A stretch of DNA of 64,000 bases from Hormiphora californensis. Lineage: Eukaryota; Animalia; Ctenophora. Shown in pieces: positions 43,834 through 55,940 of the stretch. Position numbers and translations under genes: made by a program. Each line of letters starts with the position of its first letter. Within the stretch, counting starts at the first letter, position 1. Under the pieces are notes generated by a model, which saw only the letters and a program-made list of their open reading frames with translations, made no database searches and was not told the origin of the DNA. Location: NCBI GenBank assembly GCA_020137815.1, contig CM035353.1, forward strand, positions 2,542,001 to 2,606,000, given 5' to 3'.

Positions 43834-44130
43834 TTAGAAGGGACGGCAAGAGGAGATAACGTCGTTCCAGCCACCGGGCATGCCGGGCCTGCGGGAACCC
43901 TGGGGCATTCTCAGGCGTCGGCCTCTGAAATGACCATGCTCAAAGCAATCCCAGTTACCGCGATGTGCGTGCCAACTGGAAGCCTTATCGTTGAATCCTC
44001 CAACCCATGGCTGATGTCCATGGATGTTGTGGCGGCCACCTCTGAAGTGTTCGTGCTCGAAGAGGGCCAGATGGGGGCGGGCAGTGGCCATGGCCACGAG
44101 GGCGATCAGGGCAACAAGGAATACCTTCAT
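43834..44130 (-). CDS. Secreted single-domain beta/gamma-crystallin-fold protein, copy 2 (P39H variant)
   Basis: The translation is identical to copy 1 except for one non-synonymous change (40376 vs 44015). Confidence 0.88.
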   Translation of the reverse strand: MKVFLVALIALVAMATARPHLALFEHEHFRGGRHNIHGHQPWVGGFNDKASSWHAHRGNWDCFEHGHFRGRRLRMPQGSRRPGMPGGWNDVISSCRPF

Positions 44131-44299
44131 TCTGGGATCTATAGTATTATGTTATGAGTTATGTACATACATATTGGGTAACACAAATTGGGTAACACAA
44201 ATTGGGTTACACTGAATTGAATGAGGTCAAGACATTGCAGAACAACAAATACCAGACTAGATCGTCACTAAACAAAGTCAGCTGTTGACCTAAGTAAAA

Positions 44300-46106
44300 G
44301 TTGCATAGATTTATACTGCATCCTCCCACCCCCAAATAATAAATAATAATAAACCCCCAAACCCGGATGTTCCAGTTGAGCGTAGTGGACAAGTTAACGT
44401 GTAAAAGTCTCACTACAAGCACGGTGCTGCTGCTGTTGTATATTGTTGAGTAACAACAAGTTGTATATAGATGAAAAGAGATGGAGATTCAGATAGAGAG
44501 ATACAGAGACTCTATGTATTGCCTGCGTTACGCAGTTACGCAGGTTACCGTCGCGTAGCTACCTGCTACGGTAGCAGGCAAGCCCCGTTGTGTGAGGGGA
44601 TCGCCCTTCGGGCGCGCGAACATGAGCGGCGCGACGTGCCCAACTCTATGTATCTCTCTATCTGAATCTCCATATCTTTTCATCTCTCTGAGAGAGAGAA
44701 AGGAGCTAGCAAATAAAGAAATGGTATCTTGGGCATGGCAAAGAGATAAATCAAGTAATATGTTGATACTTGATTTATATCTAAGCTAAGCTCAACAAAC
44801 CAAGCTACAAAAGAGGGTAGAATAACATACCACCGCCGGAACGTTTCGGGACACATTGAGGACAGGTTCGGGACACATTCTGATTCAGGACACATTCAGG
44901 ACACATTCTGATTCAGGACATATTCGGGACACATTCTGATTGAAGACATATTCGGGACAAATTCTGATTCACACACTGTGGACACATTTAGGACATATTC
45001 GGGACACACTGTGGACACATTCAGGACATATTCAGGACACACTGTGAACACATACAGGACATATTCGGGACACACTGTGGACACATTCAGGACATATTCG
45101 GGGCACACTGTGAACACATACAGGACATATTCGGGACACACTGTGGACACATTTAGGACATATTCGGGACACACTGTGGACACATTCAGGACATATTCAG
45201 GACACACTGTGAACACATACAGGACATATTCGGGACACACTGTGGACACATTCAGGACATATTCGGGGCACACTGTGAACACATACAGGACATATTCGGG
45301 ACACACTGCAGTGTGTCCCGAATATGTCCTGTATGTGTTCACAGTGTGTCCTGAATATGTCCTGAATGTGTCCACAGTGTGTCCCGAATATGTCCTAAAT
45401 GTGTCCACAGTGTGTCCCGAATATGTCCTGAATGTGTCCACAGTGTGTCCTGAATATGTTCTGAATGTGTCCACAGTGTGTGAATCAGAATTTGTCCCGA
45501 ATATGTCTTCAATCAGAATGTGTCCCGAATATGTCCTGAATCAGAATGTGTCCTGAATGTGTCCTGAATCAGAATGTGTCCCGAACCTGTTCTCAATGTG
45601 TCCCGAAACGTTCCGGCGGTGGTATGTTATTCTACCCTCTTTTGTAGCTTGGTTTGTTGAGCTTAGCTTAGATATAAATCAAGTATCAACATATTACTTG
45701 ATTTATCTCTTTGCCATGCCCAAGATACCATTTCTTTATTTGCTAGCTCCTTTCTCTCTCTCAGAGAGATGAAAAGATATGGAGATTCAGATAGAGAGAT
45801 ACATAGAGTTGGGCACGTCGCGCCGCTCATGTTCGCGCGCCCGAAGGGCGATCCCCTCACACAACGGGGCTTGCCTGCTACCGTAGCAGGTAGCTACGCG
45901 ACGGTAACCTGCGTAACTGCGTAACGCAGGCAATACATAGAGTCTCTGTATCTCTCTATCTGAATCTCCATCTCTTGTCATCTATAATATACAACAGCAG
46001 CAGCACCGTGCTTGTAGTGAGACTTTTACACGTTAACTTGTCCACTACGCTCAACTGGAACATCCGGGTTTGGGGTGGGGGGAGCTGCGGTATAAATCTA
46101 TGCAAC
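44300..46106. repeat. ~1.8-kb palindrome of unit 2, centre at 45308/45309
   Basis: Same as 40661-42236, with 7 more 33-bp units (231 bp) in the left arm. Confidence 0.92.
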
Positions 46107-46252
46107 ACATTCAGGACATATTCGGGACACACTGTGGACACATTCAGGACATATTCAGGACACATGCTGTGGACACATTCAGGACATATTCGGGACACAC
46201 TGTGGACACATTGAGGACATATTCGGGACACACTGTGGACACATTTAGGACA

Positions 46253-46576
46253 CTAGCGCACCCACCGGGTGCGCCTCAAGTAAGGGATGTTGACAACCCA
46301 CCCGGCTTCGCCGGGTGGTTCTCTGGGGCGCTCTTTATTACCATACTTAACGCCAAAATTATGGTTGTCATGGCAACTGAAACGGTAACTATGGGAACTG
46401 AACCCGGACTGAATTGTTAAAATTCATCCGAAAGTATTCACAAACTCCCAAAAGTGTGAGCAACAGCTTTTCAGCTTTGGTCACATAGAGTGTTTTATGA
46501 AGGAGCAGCTTGTCGCTTAGATACCGCTGAACGAACGGCCACTTCGACGTCGTTCATCTCCAAATTATAATAGAGA
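46253..46576 (-). mobile_element. 324-bp non-autonomous Helitron inserted in the 33-bp satellite
   Basis: On the minus strand it starts TCTCTATTATAA and ends with hairpin GCGCACCC-GGT-GGGTGCGC overlapping CTAG. Removing it restores satellite TTAGGACA|TATTCGGG (A|T target, no TSD). A truncated 3' end recurs at 42383-42437. Confidence 0.8.
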
Positions 46577-47058
46577 TATTCGGGACACACTGTGGACACA
46601 TTCAGGACATATTCGGGACACATTCTGATTCAGGACATATTCGGGGCACACTGTGGACACATTCAGGACATATTCGGGACACATTGTGGACACATTCAGG
46701 ACATATTCGGGGCACACTGTGGACACATTCAGGACATATTCAGGACACACTGTGGACACATTGAGGACATATTCGGGACACATGCTGTGAACACATTCAG
46801 GACATATTCGGGACACATTCTGATTCAGGACATATTCGGGGCACACTGTGGACACATTCAGGACATATTCGGGACACATTGTGGACACATTCAGGACATA
46901 TTCGGGACACAATGTGGACACATTCAGGACATATTCAGGACACACTGTGGACACATACAGGACATATTCGGGACACACTGTGGACACATTCAGGACATAT
47001 TCGGGACACACTGCGGACACATTCACGACATATTCGGGACACATTCTGATTCAGGACA

Positions 47059-47225
47059 TCAAGATTTCTGGACGCGATACCAGACCAACCTCCAGTCGCT
47101 GGGTATACGCGGAGATCCACAAACAGTGTTCTTGATAGTACCAGTGGGGAGTTGCAGAAAGCGATACCCCGATCGGACGAGCAGTAGCCGGCGAACTACA
47201 CAGAAGTAACAGAAGTAAGTAAGTA
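47059..47225 (+). mobile_element. Severely 5'-truncated CR1-type LINE 3' end inserted in the satellite
   Basis: One frame reads RFLDAIPDQPPVAGYTRRSTNSVL...*, the ORF2 C-terminal IPDxP..GY...NS motif of invertebrate CR1-like LINEs. It ends in an (AAGT)n tail. Confidence 0.7.
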
Positions 47226-49013
47226 TATTCGGGACATGCACTGTGGACACATTGAGGACATATTCGGGACACACTGTGGACACATTTAGGACATATTCGG
47301 GACACACTGTGGACACATTCAGGACATATTCAGGACACACTGTGGACACCTTCAGGACATATTCGGGACACACTGTGGACACATTCAGGACATATTCGGG
47401 ACACACTGTGGACACATTTAGGACATATTCGGGACACACTGTGGACACATTCGGGACATATTCGGGACACACTGTGGACCCATTCAGGACATATTCGGGA
47501 CACACTGTGGACCCATTCAGGACATATTCAGGACATACTGTGGACACATTCAGGACATATTCGGGACACACTGTGGACACATTCAGGACATATTCGTGAC
47601 AACCTGTGGACACATTCAGGACATATTCGGGACACACTGTGGACACATTCAGGACATATTCAGGACACATTGTGGACACATTCAGGACATATTCGGGGCA
47701 CACTGTGGACACATTCAGGACATATTCAGGACACACTGTGGACACATTGAGGACATATTCGGGACACATGCTGTGAACACATTCAGGACATATTCGGGAC
47801 ACACTGTGGACATTCAGGACACACTGTGGACACATTCAGGACATATTCGGGACACACTGTGGACACATTCAGAACATATTCGGGACACAATGTGGACACA
47901 TTCAGGACATATTCAGGACACACTGTGGACACATACAGGACATATTCGGGACACACTGTGGACACATTCAGGACATATTCGGGACACACTGCGGACACAT
48001 TCAGGACATATTCGGGACACATTCTGATTCAGGACATATTCGGGACATGCACTGTGGACACATTGAGGACATATTCGGGACACACTGTGGACACATTTAG
48101 GACATATTCGGGACACACTGTGGACACATTCAGGACATATTCAGGACACACTGTGGACACCTTCAGGACATATTCGGGACACACTGTGGACACATTCAGG
48201 ACATATTCGGGACACACTGTGGACACATTTAGGACATATTCGGGACACACTGTGGACACATTCGGGACATATTCGGGACACACTGTGGACCCATTCAGGA
48301 CATATTCGGGACACACTGTGGACCCATTCAGGACATATTCGGGACACACTGTGGACACATTTAGGACATATTCGGGACACACTGTGGACCCATTCAGGAC
48401 ATATTCAGGACATACTGTGGACACATTCAGGACATATTCGGGACACACTGTGGACACATTCAGGACATATTCGTGACAACCTGTGGACACATTCAGGACA
48501 TATTCGGGACACACTGTGGACACATTCAGGACATATTCAGGACACACTGTGGACACATTCGGGACATATTCGGGACACACTGTGGACCCATTCAGGACAT
48601 ATTCGGGACACACTGTGGACACATTTAGGACATATTCGGGACACACTGTGGACACATTGAGGACACATGGGTTTGTTTTTTTTTCTGTTTTCTTCGGGTT
48701 GGAGCTGCTTGCCGGCACCTAAATAGTGTTTTTCGAAGCTGAAGGCAAACTGTCAATGTTTATAAAGTATAAAATTTATAATAAAGTATCAAATCATCCT
48801 TATAGAGCAAAACTTTCCAATGTCCCTATGCTATGTAATATTTTCATATATAAAGTATTACTTCGCCTATAACAATAAACCATTAACAAAATATATACTT
48901 TGTCTAAAGTACAGCAAGTGATGAAATATCACGTCACACAGATCATTTGACAGTTCTAATAGCTCTTGAACCAATTCCTTCCTGAAGGGAGATAATTCTT
49001 ATTAACCAATGTA

Positions 49014-49127
49014 ATCAGACGGGTTAGAGACGGAGTAAGACGGGTTAGAGACGGAGCTGAGTAAGACGGGTTAGAGACGGAGTAAGACGGGTTAGAGACG
49101 TAGTAAGACGGGTTAGAGACGTAGTCA
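49014..49127. repeat. ~20-bp tandem repeat (GTAAGACGGGTTAGAGACGgA), about 5 copies
   Basis: Directly visible. Confidence 0.8.
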
Positions 49128-49617
49128 GATTAGCTAGACACGCGTGCCAAGTCAGATTGGCTAGTGCACGGGCTTGAGACGGAATTTATATTTGCGAACT
49201 TCGTTTAACTCCGTCCGGGGAAGACCGTTTCAGACGGACCTAGGGCACGTCTCAAGTCCGTCTGACTCCGTCTAGACGCCGGGAGAATAAACTTCCCTCG
49301 ATATAGGGAATTCACATGGTATTTTCGGGCACTCCGAATTACCGGGCAAAAATCTTTCCCCCGAGCATGCCGGTAAATCAGGGTCCGACTGTATTTATAA
49401 ATAACACATCACAACTTACGCCTGTATGAGAGTCCCTCCTCTCTAAAGGCGTCTTGGTGGAATGATTTCTCTGAGGGGGGGGGGGGGGCATTAATTAGGG
49501 CCAACACAACACCACTGTCAGCGCGCGAGAACTGTGGTCAGAGCTGTGGTCAGAGCATTGGCCTGACAGCAACACCATGTCATATGATTCAGGGACAATA
49601 ATAAAAGGGTTTTTTTT

Positions 49618-52600
49618 TCAATTCTTACCACATAACTCCTCAGACACACTGATCTCAAATCCTGCCTGCCTACACTCCTCCTTGTAAGAGTATGCAACGT
49701 TACAGTAGCAGTAGTTTATATTATCACCCAGCGCACACCCACACACATCCTCTGTTGCCCGGGCGACGAAAAGATCCAGGGATACGGGGCATTCACCCGC
49801 GGTTGAGGACAAAGCGGCCCGGATATCTTTTGAGTTGTCATCACAAGCCGTGTCAGAGGAGGAGCCGAACTGGGGTTCGCACACGGAACTACTACTCAAT
49901 GCTGAACGGAGGAGATTCGAATCAGCTATTATTATTGTGCAGTATAGTACTGCAATCACGTATATGCATACAATCGTTGAAGTACACATTTAGCATTTAA
50001 TAAACGAGTCAGAAACCGACCGAAACAAGTAAACAACCAATCAGAACTCGTTATTTAGGTCACGTGACTGGTTATCAGCCAATCAGAGACCAGTATTACC
50101 TGATTCGGTCGGTTCCTAATTGCTATAGTACCTGGCATATCCACGTCAAATGCACTAACATCGCGTCCCGTTGATGGCATGTAGTCGGTCGGAATCTGAC
50201 CACAGAACCCACGGAAGTCGTCCACGGACTGAGAAATCAAATAAATTATGAAATTCTGTTGGAACTGTTAAACTTTATAACTACTAGTTAATTAATTAAT
50301 TAGTAAATTACTAACCTCCACATAGTCAAATGGAACCTTCACTTTAAAGTAGTTGAGTCCGTCGTAGTAAAAAGTAATCCCCTTATTAACAACTGTACCC
50401 ACTAACGTTTTACCAACTCGACTAAGAGTTATGGCACTTCCACCTAAACAATAAACATAATAATAAAACATGTGAATATATTGTTATAACAATTATAATA
50501 TTAATTTTGTATATACCCGGCCTACAGGCAACGGTACTTTTACATACCAAGGTTTATAGTTTCCCCATTTCCAACGTTCCTACTTTTCCCGTTATCGTTT
50601 ATCAGCCACCCACGCTCCAGAGAGAAACCGTAAACTCGGTCAACATACATTGTCACCGATCTGAGTAAAAATAATGTAATCCAGAATCTAGAAGTATGTT
50701 GATCGAAAAAGGATTAATCTTCAAAGAAGCTATATCAATTATTGTGTTGGGGGAAAACAGTCGTGCTTGACCCTCGGCCTCAGGTTCAGGCCACGGATAT
50801 TTTCCACTGAGACCTGAGATATCAGGTTTCAGTGACGGCTATTCCCTGAGATTTCAGGGAATAGCCGTGACCTGAACCTGAGGTTCAGGCACGACTGTTT
50901 TCCCCCATAATTACCTCAAGCAGTTCCCAGCATCATTCGTTCCACACGCCTGATATCGGGCATACACAACAAATTGACCTTTCCTGGAATCCTCGATCAT
51001 TTTATAGGGACAGTTTCCTGGAGAATTTCAATATATATAATATATTTACAGTCGGACCCCGATTTAACGGCATCCTCGGGGGAAAGGGTTTTGTCCGTTA
51101 AATCGGGGTGTCCGCTAAATCGGGTTTCAAATACTGTTATTTTCCTATATCGGGGGAAGATTATGCTGCCGTTAAATCGGGGTGCCGTTAAATCGGGGGC
51201 CGTGTGTGTTTGCTTTTTAGAAATTCTCAAACTCTCGCAGTTCTCTGCAGTTTCTATAAAACTAATTCATTTTTTGTAACAGCTTAAATGACATACCTTT
51301 GAATGTGAAGAAGTCCCCGTTGAACTTGGTGACGTGCCCCTCTCCCATCAAACTGCACGATGCCTCAGTGATTCCTAAATCAGCTGGTGATACCGGTTAG
51401 GGGGTGGGATTTTTGAATCAGTTGGAGGGTAATCAACTCCCTCACTACTATCAGGCAAATAGAGTGCATGCAGTGCATTTTGGTAGGAACCGACCGACAC
51501 AAGTAAACAACCAATCAGAACTCGTTATTTAAGTCACATGACTGTTTATCAGCCAATCAGGGACCAGTATTTCCTTATTCGGTCGATTCCTGCATTTTGG
51601 TAATGACAATAACTCGCCATGTGGGTATATGGTAGTGCTGCAGCCATGCAGTATATTAGTATTAGTATAATGTTTAGTTTGACTACTCACTCGTGGTGTC
51701 GGGGCAAGACCCAGCCTCTTTCTCTCCATCCAACATTGCTCCCAATCTACACTCTGTTCGCATAACGTGGCACATGCTGAAACAATTAATAGCTGTGTCG
51801 AGATATAGAGCTATCATGTAAATCTTGATGTGATCTACCACTGTTATAATAGTGCCACTCACGACCCCGCGGCCCCTGTCTACCCCTCCCCCTTACGTAG
51901 ACGCTCCCCTTTGATAGGACAAGCTATGGAATTGGTGTAAAGTAAGGACGGCTGTAGTAAGGGGTGGTTTCGTGACACGTATGGGGCGTACCCGTCAGCT
52001 GGAGCGTAAAGGCGAAAGTAAACACGTTGTCTTTTATTTTTGTGAATGTAAAAGTAACGGTAAAGGATTGTTACAGTTCAGTTGACTAAGAGAACACACG
52101 CTTTTGAAAGTTGCTTCGCTCCGACAAAAGAAAAACTCACTCTCAAAACACCCATCGCTCTTCTCTCTCAGATCTCAGAAAACGCGCGCGCGTGTCACCA
52201 AAGCGACACACACGCGCGCGCGAAGATGCTGTACTTTTAATAGAACTCAGCGTCAAAACAAGCACCTTCGCGATAGGACACAGACACAAACACACATTCT
52301 CACACACACGCACACACAAACACACAGGGCTGGCCCAGTTCTGCACCATTATAATATCATGCGATATCTTCACGTGTCCAGCTGCTGGACACCTCTTATA
52401 TCTCCCCTTGCCGACACGCATGGCGATACGAATAGTATAGAAATGTATTTGGAGTTCTCCAGAGTTTCAGGAGAAAAAGAGAGAACAAAAGAATTTGAAG
52501 AAAGATATCAGTTCCGGTGTTCAATAGACTGACAAACTAGGCTTTATTTCAAATATTGCACCATGTTCCCGGTACACGTGGTGTCGACTGCTGTAATATA

Positions 52601-55600
52601 ACAGTTCGTTAGCCGAACCCCCCCCCCCCGGGGATTTGTGCAGTGGAGGTCATAGACCTCTCAATACCAGGCACAGCTTGATACGGGGGAGGTAGACAGA
52701 TCGGACGTAGCTCGTTTGTCTGTATAAACAATTCAAATCAAATCTACACTTATACCGCTCTACTCCAAGTGTTTACACATCATCGAGTTTATAGATATTT
52801 ATCAATTAGTACTTGCTGTATCATTATAGATATACTCATATCTAACGGTATTACTGCAGAGCGAGCGGTAAATTAAAGTGCTCGCAAAAGCTCAAGATTA
52901 TTGACTAATTTTACCAAGAACTGTGTAAACAATTTGCGCTTGCCAGCGCTGTGATTTACCTGCTAAATGTAGTTCCGTCTACACAGATGGCATCATCTTC
53001 CGCTGGGTCGGGACATTCGTAGTTGCACGTGCAAACTCCTGAGCCGCGCATGTTTACACACTGCTCCCTGAATCCGCATTCCACGTTTTGGCATGGGTCT
53101 GTAAAAAGTTAAAATCACATAGCTTTTCATGGTTTATATTGGAAAAGTCTGCCAATATAATTGTTCCACTGGTGGTAAATTTCTTATTGATCTTTCGAGT
53201 GAAATGGTATATCGTCTAGAATATGAACTATTAGACTGATGATGCATCATGATGAAGAGACACTTCATTTGTCAAAATAATCACCTAGTTCAGATATATA
53301 TGTTTCTACTTTCTAGAACTCTTCAGATAACAAAATTATCTCGAATATATAGTTAGATCGCACCAGACTTTATTTCTTTGTGAAAATTCGACCGGTAATC
53401 TTCGTATCGACTATGGAACTTCATATTGCCCATATGTTTATTGGATTAGATGAATATATTTTCGCCAAGGAATTTAGACCACAGCTTCGTTGATCTGCCT
53501 AGAACCCTCAGACACTTCATTTTATGAAATAAAATGCAGTGTGAGCTACATGACGCAGCCAAGGTGAAGTTTCTAGATATTATCATGGGGTTACAGTTTA
53601 AGCTAATAAGTTGGTGACATAGACACCTGTTGGGGGGTCGCCCCAGGTGTCTATGTCACCAAGCTAATAAGCTGATAAAAAGTTGCTTATAAGAGGCGCT
53701 TACCAACAACACGCAGATCACCAACCGAAACAACTGCCTGACCATCAATGCTTTCAGCCTTACATCGATAAATTCCGTCGTGCTTCTGCTGAACAGACGA
53801 AATAGAGTACACTACTGATAGCTCATTGGGCTTCTCGGGATCGTAAATCCTGTGACAAGATAAGGTATAGATAGTAAAGTAAAGAAAATCTATAACACAA
53901 CCCACTATTATATATGATAGGGGAAAGGGGCATTGTTAGATCCACTTTCAATTTCTGTTTATTTGTTCAAACATGAGTTCAAGGAATTGCATACACGTTC
54001 ACAATTCTGAGAAAGATGAAAAAACTTTTAAAATAGAACAATACTTGGAGACTTACTCACCAGGAACAACCAATCAGAACTCGATATTTAGGTCATGTGA
54101 CTGGTTATCAGCCAATCAGGGACCAGTATATACTCACGTCTGAACGGCCAGCATCCTCTTCCTCTTTTTGTAAGTAGCAATTCTATCGTGAACAATGTAC
54201 AGGTTCATTGGTGCAGGACCCTTTATCGAACAAGTCATGGTGTACTGGGGGGGGGGAATCATTGTTAGAAGGGCGGGTATTACTTATAAATCCCATTCGG
54301 GAGCTCTGCAAAAACTTCACAGCAAATTGTGAAGTATCTGCAGAATATCTGTAGTTTCGGCCCATGACAGTGGACCAGATCGCTCAAACTATAAAAAAGT
54401 AAAATTGGTCTTTAAGCACGGATGACGATCACATTGCACTATCATTTGCAGAACAATTTCACCAGTTCGTGGTTTCCGTTCCGACTTTGATATATATATG
54501 GTCACTTGAAACAGACCCAGAATTTTATGTCAAGCACATTCCATTTATAGTCATAAAACGAGAATCAATCCTTACCGATTTTCCAATGTTGATGAGTCGA
54601 TTTTCAGGCAGACCTTGAGTAAACTCGAGCTCAACATCTTTAACAGTTATAAACTCATCCTGAAAACAGTGAGTGATAGGAACCGACCGACACAAGTAAA
54701 CAACCAATCGGAACTCGTTATTTAGGTCACGTGACTGGTTATCAGCCAATCAGGGACCAGTATTTCGGTTCCTGGTGAGTGTGTGTGTGTGTTTGAACCT
54801 CCCGTACTTCCTCCCACTTTGCTGGTGTCTTACGGGGCCAGCTCCCGGCGAATCAAAATTCTGGCGTTCCTCCCGAGCACCCCACACAAAGAGTTGCTCA
54901 GTAGTTCCACTAGTCAGTCCTGTCCAGGGACCCTCCATGGAGGATCCCCTTCGAGGGAAAGGCTAGCTTCACATTCGGTCCGCTTTTGTTAAGTTTCAAG
55001 CCGGTTACTAATCCAGTTAGACACATAGCTGAGAGCACCAGTGTATTTCCACCAGTCTTACGTTACTGGGTTTCCCCAGAAGTAGGTATATTGCCGAGCG
55101 ATGACGCGGCTTCTCTGCCCACACGTAGATGAGAAACGTCATTTCTTCTACCAGCACTTGCCATTTAAGGCCAGAATCCTGCTTCAGGACCAGAGTGGTG
55201 GCTCGGACCACCGATTGGTACTCTATGTACCTAATCGGCCCAGTTTGTAGTGCTTCTTATACGCAGTCTAGTGAAGCGGCACTCTCCCTCAAGGGGTGCT
55301 CCATAGCCTGTCAGCCTAAGGTGGCAACCATTGGGATGCTCTTTCGAGCTCGTTTTGTACCACCCTTCTACATTTTAATGTCTGGGCGGCCCAACTCTCC
55401 GGATTATACTATCTGCCTGGGGTGGGGGGCCGGTTTTGATTAGGCAGATTCTATTTGAAGAGACCAGATTTCTTTATCAGTGCAGTTAGTTTGCCTAGGT
55501 CGATTTTCTGGTCTTTGTCGTAGATGTTTTGTTTTATGTTTTGGTATCCCAGTGTGTATCTGAGATGATCTAGATCTGGGCATGTTATTAGGACATGTTC

Positions 55601-55940
55601 CGAGTTCTGTTTTTGGTTGCATAGAGGGCAGTTCGGATTCTCTCTTGTGTTCCTGGTGAGTGAAGATCTCATATAAACTAAATGAGTTGAACCAATTGAA
55701 TATTTGAGTCTGAGGCTATTTTTGAGCTACAACTTGGTTTGGGAACTCTTGGTGATGGATCAAGACAAATAATTTTGATAACTCTTGATACAAATATAAT
55801 TTTGAGGACTCTTATAATACAAATATAATTTTTAACTGACTATATACAGTATATGTACTCACCAAAATCTCGGTGCCGAATTCTACGTCGGTTGCTGTTG
55901 ATAAGGGTAACAGGAAAATAACAAGTAATGGTCCCAACAT
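49618..55940 (-). CDS. Secreted multidomain protein: signal peptide, Ig-like, follistatin/Kazal, VWD, Cys-rich (C8-like)
   Basis: Exons: 55940-55863 (MLGPLLVIFLLPLSTA), 54659-54576, ~54336-54283 (YFTICCEV), ~54182-54138, ~53849-53704 (DGIYRCKAE), 53098-52960 (DPCQNVECGFREQC...CTCNYECP...ICVDGTTF), 51776-51691 (SMCHVMRTEC...GSC), 51374-51297 (CSLMGEGHVTKFNG.FFTFKG), ~50983-50915, 50660-50548, 50443-50316, 50228-50132 (RGFCG), ~49926-49618. Two junctions do not phase cleanly. Confidence 0.72.
50752..50906. mobile_element. MITE (GGGGAAAACAGTCGTG...CACGACTGTTTTCCCC)
   Basis: Terminal inverted repeats. Related sequence at ~27268-27420 and ~60350-60515. Confidence 0.6.
53611..53662. mobile_element. 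52-bp minimal Mutator-like MITE
   Basis: Same TIR as 22569-22627, with 9-bp TSD GCTAATAAG. Confidence 0.8.
54775..55730 (-). mobile_element. 5'-truncated I/Nimb-like LINE remnant in intron 1 of the VWD gene
   Basis: C-terminal zinc finger CPLCNQKQNSEHVLITCP (ORF 55451-55672), a long 3'UTR and a (CA)n tail at ~54777-54792. Confidence 0.6.

Larger units (their letters stand above)
46107..48668. repeat. 33-bp satellite array (GGACACATTCA-GGACATATTCG-GGACACACTGT, three 11-bp subunits)
   Basis: Directly visible, about 60 units, interrupted by a Helitron and a LINE fragment. Confidence 0.95.

Noticed and set aside
46107-48668. CRISPR-like array or repeat-protein gene
   Set aside because: Head-to-tail repeats without unique spacers, no cas genes and a eukaryotic context. 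The ORFs are by-products of a 33-bp period.
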